The notes beneath the pieces are model-generated. The model made no database searches, was not told the origin of the DNA, and worked only from the letters and a program-made list of their open reading frames with translations. DNA of 64,000 nucleotides, from contig NMRA01000104.1 of NCBI GenBank assembly GCA_002633005.1, forward strand, positions 742,841 to 806,840, in the 5' to 3' direction. Below are positions 54,001 to 63,000 of this stretch, in pieces (the stretch's first letter is position 1; every line of letters starts with the position of its first letter). The stretch is from Phoronis australis. Taxonomy: Eukaryota; Animalia; Phoronida. The position numbers and the translations under genes are program-made.

Positions 54001-57000
54001 TCATGCTCTGGCTGTTTTATTTTTTCCGGCAACTAATCTATGATTATGGCAATTACAGAGGGCTTATAAGTGAAATGGTGACAGTTTTTCAATATTGTGC
54101 CTTTGAAGTTTCCAATGCAGACATATATACTGACAAAGCAGCACGAAAAAGTGGCAAAATTCCAGGGTTTACAATTCTGTTGCCACTGAAAGCGCTTTTT
54201 TGACCAAACATATTGTTGCCGAATTAAAGTACAGATGTTTTATGACTTTTCATTGTTCTTGCCTTTCAGATGGAGGTTTGTAATTCATGGTGGAATAGAT
54301 GGGTACAGCAGGTTGATCGTGTACCTGAATTGTTGCACCAACAACCTATCTACAACAGTTCTACAGTTATTTGAACAGGCAGTAAATAAATGGGGATTGC
54401 CAGCTAGAGTGCGTGCTGACAAGGGTGTGGAGAACAGAGATGTCGAGGAAACATGCGTAAAAACGTCACAATTATCTGTCTGCAGTGATTGCTAAGGAAA
54501 TTATATGCAAAATTAGAATTTTGCATCATGGCGACCTTAATTTGCATATATATATATATAAAATGCTCAAGGGTTGCGAGCAGTCACCCCCCTAAATCAT
54601 AGATACTTAACCCTAGGCTACATGAAACAGCAAAGAAAAATACTTTATCCGGCAAAACCAGGTGCAAACCCGTGGCTCTCAGACTAACAGCATTTGTAAA
54701 CTATATTTTCATTTTTCTCTTATGCAAGTTTTGCTGTTTCAGAACCATCATAAAAAAGTGGGACATTTTAACAACAATTCTTAACATTGTATTCGGAAAC
54801 AGTTCAACAATGATAACGCATAGTATTTGAATGTTTCAGCTGAATCATGCCACCAACACATAGAAATACTTGTGTGTGTGGGCGTCAATGCGCATGCCTC
54901 AGTTTGAATGTTTGGCGGCATGTGCGAACTTTCGGACGGATCCAATCACCTGTGTGCCCCCTAGTGGCAATTTTAGTTTTTTACGCTTACCTTNAAACTG
55001 CCACTAGGAGCGCCACAGTAGTCGAAATCGTTGGAAAATCATTGTCAATCGTCCTCTTCACAGTAAGGACATACATGTCAATTTTCACAATCATCCTTTG
55101 AGCGGTTTGGTTGATAGAGGGGTGGACGCAAAAAAAACACTCGAAAACAGTAAAAATGGCCACTAGGTGGTGCAAACTAAGTCAAATCCATCCGAAAATG
55201 GGAGTATAGCGTCATCTCACTAATAGGTGCCTACATACCAAATTTCAAGTAAATCCGTTCAGGACTTTTGAAGATACAAAGGTAAGCGTTAAAAACTAAA
55301 ATTGCCACTAGGGGGAACACTGGTAGTCGGATTCGTCCGAAAGTTCGCTCATGCCGTCCCTTTCATAAATGGAACATATGTGCCAAATTTCATGAATGTA
55401 TGTCAAAGGGTTTTGGAGATAGAGCAACGTAAGCCGGACGTACGCTACCAGAGATGACGGCATGTGTCCACATATAAATATGTGGGCGCATAACTAGCAC
55501 AACTTACCCCACTTGTGACAACTTACTCCCCATTATCGTGGTGGGTAACTAGTTCTAGGGTAACTTATGCCACTTGTAATCGCTGTGTGGCTGCCAAAGT
55601 GGGGTAGGGCGGAAGTAATTATCAGCTGAATTATCAGCTGCGGTAACAGACAGACAGGTTTTCTTTTGCGTGCCATACTCGCAGAGTCGCATTAGGTGTT
55701 CATTGTCATGCACAGAGCGACAACTTCCGCCTTACTCTAGTTATCAGATATGTGTCCCTATGTGTGGGCACTCCACTTAAAAGTGGGGTAAGTTGCACCA
55801 GAGCAAGTTGCGCTAGGGTAGGCTGTGAGTGGAAGGGACTTTAGACAGATCATGAAGCCATTTCCAACCTAAATGCACCCATCATCAAGCCTATAATCAT
55901 GCACATTCCAACAAGGTATAATTCTCATTTGTGACTTTGCCAGCTGCTGGAAACAATACAACACAACTTGCAAGGTTATGTAGGGTGCAATAGACTATTA
56001 CTGTAGGTTTACTCTTTTACGTTTGCCTGCCAGTATATTTACTGAAGAGTTAGAGCAAATCTGATCAATTAAACAACTAATGGATGGAAACCAACAAAAG
56101 TCAAACAACATGACTTTCACTCATTTTTCACACAGTTCTAACCACAGTCCCCATTAATTGTCAAATGGGTCGAATGAGAGTTGCATATATATCTGAGAGA
56201 CTCATGTTGTTGTCAAAGCCACCGAACGATTTATCCGAATCAGATTCTGATTGAAATATCTCGCACCAGAATAATTCTAGTGATAAGAAAACTTCACGAG
56301 ATTAAACCGTGGCTCACCTTCTCTAATACTGACAAAAGTCTACCATGAGTTATGACAATAATTAGAAGCCCATGCAATATTGGTCTTTGACACGTCATAT
56401 GTATAGATGCCATTTACAGTATGGCTGATAAACCCATCAAAAAGCTTACTGATGTGCAGCTGCCCAGAAAGTTGGCTAGTATGACATGGTTTCAAATCAA
56501 GCTTTCATGGGGTTGTGTAACAAAGGAATTACAGTAAGCACTAAAATCCAAAAAGTGTTCATCAATAATTTTCACCAAAACAGATAAGTGTACTAACTAT
56601 AATAAAGATAAACATACTCTGTTTTAAGGGTAGTGTGAGGAGGCAGTGTGGCCTAGTGTGATGGTGCTCGCCTTCTTTACTTGAGGTGGTGGGTTCGAGT
56701 CCCACTGGGCCACACTGCTAGACTCTTGAGTCAGGTTTCCAGCTTCTCAGCTTGGTTTTAACTATATATTAATAAAGCACAAAAATATTTCCAGGTGATC
56801 AGTGCAATGGGCCCACATGCGCGGCCTGTGCACGTCTGGTACAACGTGTACCAGAGTGCCTACAATTCTTTTTGTAAGGGTGGTGTATGGCAATTTGAAT
56901 GTCCTCACCGTTAAAGAATTGACCGTATTCAGTTTACTTGGCACACCTAAACTATGAGGAAAATATATTTAATTGACTTTGTGTGAAATAAGTGGAGAGC

Positions 57001-60000
57001 TGCCATAGATTGGACAGACATCAAGTTAAAACTGATATTATCTCCCTTTCAGTGTTCTGTCCAAAAATGCTAATTATGCCAATTATAATGGTCAGGTGAC
57101 CATAATAAGTTGAGGCCTTTCACGTAAGAAAACATGGCTGTCAACGAACAATAATTGTATTTTTGACATCGTACAGTATTTATGTGTCTTATCTGTTACT
57201 CACACGCATCTGTTTCCAGTGCATACTGTCAAGTATGCAATTAAAAAGCAAATAGAAGAAGAGCTGATCCATTATGTCAGGGTGGTTGCCTGTATGCTTA
57301 TGGCATCCACAGGCAATACATTATCTAGCAACAGGCAAGAGGCCTGTCTGCAGCTTAAGGCAACCAATACTACCAAAAGGAGAGTGGGTTGGTGGACGAA
57401 CTATTGTTCATTTTGTCTCCTCTAGGCACGGCTTTAGACGGTGACCTCTACATAACCCCATGTACATTTCTGTATGACCTCAGCTCAAAAACACTGAAAT
57501 TTTGTTGACAAATTAAGAGCATGCACGCATCCAGCCTAAAAAATGGGGGCTTGAATTTTTGAGAACGTGCACCCATACCAAGATTCACAGGGTACATTCA
57601 GAGATGAATTGACCTATCGCCAGAATTTTGAGACGGTTTAACTGACCAACCACAACGCAACATTCTTGACACACCTTCGTTTCCAAGCCGCCATTTTACC
57701 TGACAAACAACACGTTGTCGGGTAAAACTTACTGTTTGTTAGTCGACATTATGCAACAGGGTGGGGCTTGCGATAGGTCAATTGTGCATTCGCCGAATTT
57801 TGGTGCTTTTTGCCTTTTTAGTGGACTTTTGTATCATCTTCTTTTTTCAGAGTTTTTGTTTCCCTGAATCGGACTTTTTTGCCCACTTGGCCAAATGAGG
57901 GACTCGTTCGAGCCCCGCTTTTAGTATTTTGATACCAGCAAACTGAATCTGATAATGCATTTTGCTGCAGTGAAACTGTCACCATCTCCCGAAAGATGTT
58001 GCAAAAAATGAGCAAATGGCACACGTACATTTCTCAAGAATGTGTTTTTCAAAATTTAAGTAGACAACAGAAACTTCTTCATAACAGAAGCCACAAGAAT
58101 TGTGCAAGAAAATGACATTGTTTTCCACTAACACAGTTGTCACTGCCCAGGTGAGTGTCGATTGGTTGGCTCCCAGCCCTGCCAGTCGTTAGCTCTACAC
58201 GTTCAGATTATGACAAACAACTACCAGGTCAGTTCTAGCTATTGCACCTTAACATAGTGGTTTCTAGCTGTAATTCCTATGATAGTCAGTCACCTGATAC
58301 TTGATCGATAGTCTTTACACAATGACGTAACTTGAAACTTCTTGAAATGCAAAGCAGACTGCCTCAATAATAATGATTGCCGGCGGATCGACCTCGGTAA
58401 GACGACCGTTTCATTCTTAGGAATGTAACTCCGTGATTCTGCTAAGATTAAATTTAGAACCTATATTGTTACCTTTTAACTGTATCTGTCACCAGTAGGC
58501 CTAATCTCGAAATGCGAAATCGCTGCGTGATCCAAAATGACAGCCAATTTCGTACAATCGCGTCTCCAACGGAGGAGAGCAAATTTCGCTACCTGGGCAT
58601 CGCACGATACATGAAGTTACACATAGGACAGCGCTCGTTGACCGGCCTTCTTGACACGCGACACACGAGCGACATTTGTGTACAGCTCGATCCTATGCAC
58701 GGTACCAGTAATTCATGACCAATGATAAGGGAAGTTAGTTTGATAGCACTCATGCTGCAGCGGATTCATCATGTGATTTCACGAAAAATTTCAATTCTCA
58801 GTGTACCATTACAAATACACCAAATTCTATAAAAATATGAGCACTTGAAAATAGTAATCCAGCCTCCTGAAAAGCCACTAATATAACAGGCTATGGCACA
58901 GTTACAGGGCTGCAAAAGGTTGATATGGGCGGTGCGTTATATTTAGACGAGCCGAGATATTTGCGTACTTTTATTTTTAACTATTTATGCGGAAAAGGTG
59001 CCGTATATACCAGATCTGTTTCATCATATTGTTTTCAGTTCGTCGGTGGGGAAATTTTATCAAGTGAAAGTCTGTTGCACTTATTACTGCACTCACGTTC
59101 ACGATATCAGTTGAGCTGATTTTGCCCAAAAGCATAAAAATTGTGAGCTGATTTTGGCAGGCACAGCCAGATGCTTTATTTAGTTAATTATTTAATTATT
59201 TATAATAAGACCTCCTCAAAGGAGAACGAGATAAAGTACAATGAATAACAGACAATAGACAATTTAAAACTAAATTAAAATGTCTATTGTCTGTTATTCA
59301 TTGTATTTTTATCTCGTTCTCCTTTCAGAGAGTCCACAATACACTCAATGGCCTAGGCCAGCGTGGGACAACGGATCGACATAACAGATCAATAGGGATA
59401 ACACCAGCCGGTAGGGTCCCACCGGGGAACAAGCACACTGTCTGCAAGGGCATTGATAGTCGGTGTATACACAGACGACTACACGGAGAGTCTACACGAC
59501 AGAGGTGCCTAAATAAACCAGCAGCAGAATTCTCAATAACCGACCACTAACTCTCATACGATTGTTAACTGTCGAATGAGCGGGCAACTCAAATCCCTGG
59601 TGGTTTCGAAGTTTTTGTCGTTGAAAGAAATAAGAATCCTATAGCAATATTAAGATATGAGTTTAGGTGGCTTAATTCATTATTTCGTTTTTTAGCAGCT
59701 AAACAAAGAGGATATGCAGTTCAAACTTAACAAATTATGGCAACATCATGACATAAAAGACAAATGGTGGTCACAGGTCAATGATGTGTTTAGAAAACTA
59801 TATTCTGCAAACATGCACTGCGATAAAATCTCATAAATTTAAGATTCTAAAAAGTAGGCTAAATTATCTAACTCGCAGGAATATCCAGCATTTTCGAGTT
59901 CAGCACCTTCGCATTGGAACACGCAATGGACTGTCACAGGCTAATAGTTAAGAAGTTCTATGTACAGGACCGAAAGGCTACAACAATCACTTTTGCTTCC

Positions 60001-63000
60001 GGCTTTAGTTATCCCAAGCTGATGGCATTTTCGCAAGTTTTCGTACCAGACCACTTACTTTCAAAAGAACACGCATGAGCCTTTGTTAATCGTAGCATAA
60101 ATGAATTTCGCATAAAAGCGACTCAGGTGGGGAGTTAATAAAGTAACTGCTGGCAAAAATGACCCATTCGAGGACAACTAGTTCGTCTTCGCCAACGAAA
60201 CTGTTGCTTATGTGATCCTAGTTTAAGACTATTGTGTTTTGTTGGAGACTGTGACGTGGTATGGAGAAGACAGTCACGGTCTTGTGACATAAATGAATTT
60301 TTTCCCATTACTTTTATTCAATGGAATATATTTCACGAACTCATTTTCAAAGACACGCGTATTTGGCTATTTCCTATTTACTTCTAAGACCCAATTCGTA
60401 TGCATATTTTTCGCTTTCTCCCTCTCTTGAAATCAAAATTGATCAAGCTTTCTCAGCATTAATGAGATTAGCTGTCAATTTGCATAAACAATTACAAATA
60501 TTGTACTTTAATACTTAAAAATTGTGACGTCATCTTATTGTCCTTTAACTACTCTGAATTATTGCCGAAATTTCGCTCGCTTGATAGGTAAGTGTAAACT
60601 ATTCTAATTTTAAACTTTAAAACTAAGTAAAGAAGAACTAGCAATGTAGGTTGATATTCAGAGCTGACCCACAAACAATGGACGCATCTGAAATGGAGTG
60701 CAACTGCATTTTAGACACAATCTTACCTCTTCCCGTAGAATTGGTTGCACCGCTTCCTCCGCTACCAAAATCAACTGGGTTGTACAGGGAACCATACGTC
60801 GTACCAGGGAGAGAACCTAACAGTAAAGCAAATTCTAATTAAAATATCCGTGATATGGTCGCTATTACAAAGTGTGGATCTGTCCATTCTTCTTTTTGTA
60901 GTCGTAGTGTTTTTGCAAGATTTTCTAGGTATCCTGTTACATGACTGCACAACTTCTTCAAATCCAAAAACCAGAGAAAACTGACCTGCCATAGAAATAG
61001 TTTAGACTTGATGAATGATATCGTTTAAAAAGGTGCTGTTAAATATTGGCTCACCTGACTGGGAGCCCTTCCCGCCCCTTCCACCGTGTCCAGCACCGCC
61101 TCCCATGTATCCTCTTCCACTGCCCTCCAAGTATCCTTGGTAGTCAGTGGTCAAGACACCATCAGAATCAACACCAACAGATGCCGCTTCAATGTGAAGA
61201 GCAGAGGCCCTTATCACGCCGCCCCCTTCAACCGTTAGTACTCCATCGCGATATCCCTTACCAAAATCGTTGACAACCTGGTTACAATTAAAAATAACTG
61301 ATAATGTCATTTTTCAGAACACTTCGTGGCGAGGTGTCTTTTTACGTAAAATGTAGTTCAGGGTCAAATGCACTCCAAGAATCTTACAAGCACAATAAAC
61401 AAATGATTTTTTCCTAGGCTACAACATACCTTTACGGTCCATCTGTCAGCATAGTTCCCGTAATAACTCAAAAAGTTGAGTTGAGCTTGGTTTTGTATGG
61501 TCATTCCCACACATTGGATGTGTCGTTTGCTCTGCAGCTGGAGGTTTACAGTCAAACCTAAATGACGGATTTAAATAAAAATGTCAAGAAATGTTTTTTA
61601 AAGAGATACAAAAGCTATACACTAAAGAGAAAGATCACTGGTGCGGCCTCTCTCCTTAATAAGTGACTATTTTTGTGAGTGCCATTTTTGGCCATTTGAT
61701 ATGCCACCAGTAGTAATTCTCAGGATGTGTTTAATGGGACTGCGACCTGCTTAGTGTCAACAGGATCACGGTGGAGGACAGATGGTTCCAGGTGGAAATA
61801 TTAGCAAACATGCATTGTTCTGAAGAAATCATATTGATGATTTTCATTTAACACACATGCAAACTGTCTCAAAAAATCACCCGATTCGTGGGACTGACAC
61901 GATCCTCTCCTTGAGCTGTCGCACAATAGCGCACCTTGATATTAGTTTTCACATCGATATTGCCAATTAGAGCCATGTTCAGTGTACCTGATCCGAGCAG
62001 GATGTGGGCACTGTCTCCTACCATCGTGCCCCAGATGTTTAGTGTGGTAGGTCTTAACATCGACGGCGGACAGTTGTTGGTATTGTAAACCTTTTCGTTG
62101 AACGGTTCTCTCATTTCGAAAGTTCCATTGGGCAAGACGAACGTAGCTCTCTCGTAGACATATGGGGCCCAAGTCATATTGATTCGCTTGTAGCCAGAAT
62201 CCTGTGATAACGAATGTGTAAATATATACAATGTCAACTTGTTTTGAGCTAAATTGTCAACGTAGCATTTTTGTAGGAATTTATAAAAAACGAGTTTACT
62301 CACGAGTACAAGAATGTTACCTCAGTAATTATTCCCAGTGTGTGGTTTGGCGCCACATGAATCTGTCCTGTGTCATCACCCACAATACTAGTAGCCGACA
62401 CTTTGGTCGAGTTTCCCATGAACGTCAGCTGAGCACCACCATAAAGTTCAACCATTGAAAACCGGTACTCATAATTGTCAACAGACGGCATGAGATACGC
62501 GATCGCTCCTGAAAAATGAGATGTCAACCAGTTAAGACAAATAAGCTTAGCAATACAAGTGAAACCAGAAATATAGGTGTAAAAGTTAAAATATGACGGA
62601 TTTCTCAGACAAATCGTTACATTTTGACTCACCTGTAGATATGTAGTTTGCGTAATCCCCGTTGTTGGCGTGTTCGGCAGTTGGTAAGGTGACAACTGGC
62701 GCCTGACACTTATTATCTATCCTCAGCTGCTTTACTTCTGGTGACGTGCCGTCGAGGTATGCCATTCCTGGTCCACCTGGCTCAGCGCCTGAACCACCTG
62801 ATTTGCCAGAAAAGATCATTTAGATTTGGCGTGAACGTTAACTAAATGGGTTAAAATAACAAATAACAATATTAGAGAAATGGCGTGCAAAGAATGCGTA
62901 CCAATATTCTTTTGAGCCTCATAGACATTTCCGGCGTTTTATTGTAAATATTCCCACTGCATTCTTATTTTATCTCTCTTACAGCCAAATTACGCGCTCT

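Larger units (their letters stand above)
51346..55493 (-). mobile_element. Helitron/Helentron-like composite insertion: tandem arrays at 51.35-52.2 and 54.93-55.49 kb flank an integrase fragment
   Basis: CTAG end with a nearby hairpin (actc..gagt) at 51346; hairpin ccacata/tatgtgg plus TAA at the other end; about 143-bp subrepeats; contains three N joins. Confidence 0.55.

Noticed and set aside
53402-54051. Duplicated partial integrase exon as alternative splicing
   Set aside because: The second copy starts exactly at an N and has no acceptor; this is an assembly overlap of alleles.
56900-60600. Nested protein-coding gene in the large intron
   Set aside because: Only short ORFs and scattered splice-like signals are present; I could not assemble a coherent reading frame or recognise a domain.
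60771-60992. 73-aa ORF as an exon
   Set aside because: It is in the wrong frame; the motif-bearing exon is 60727-60816 in another frame.
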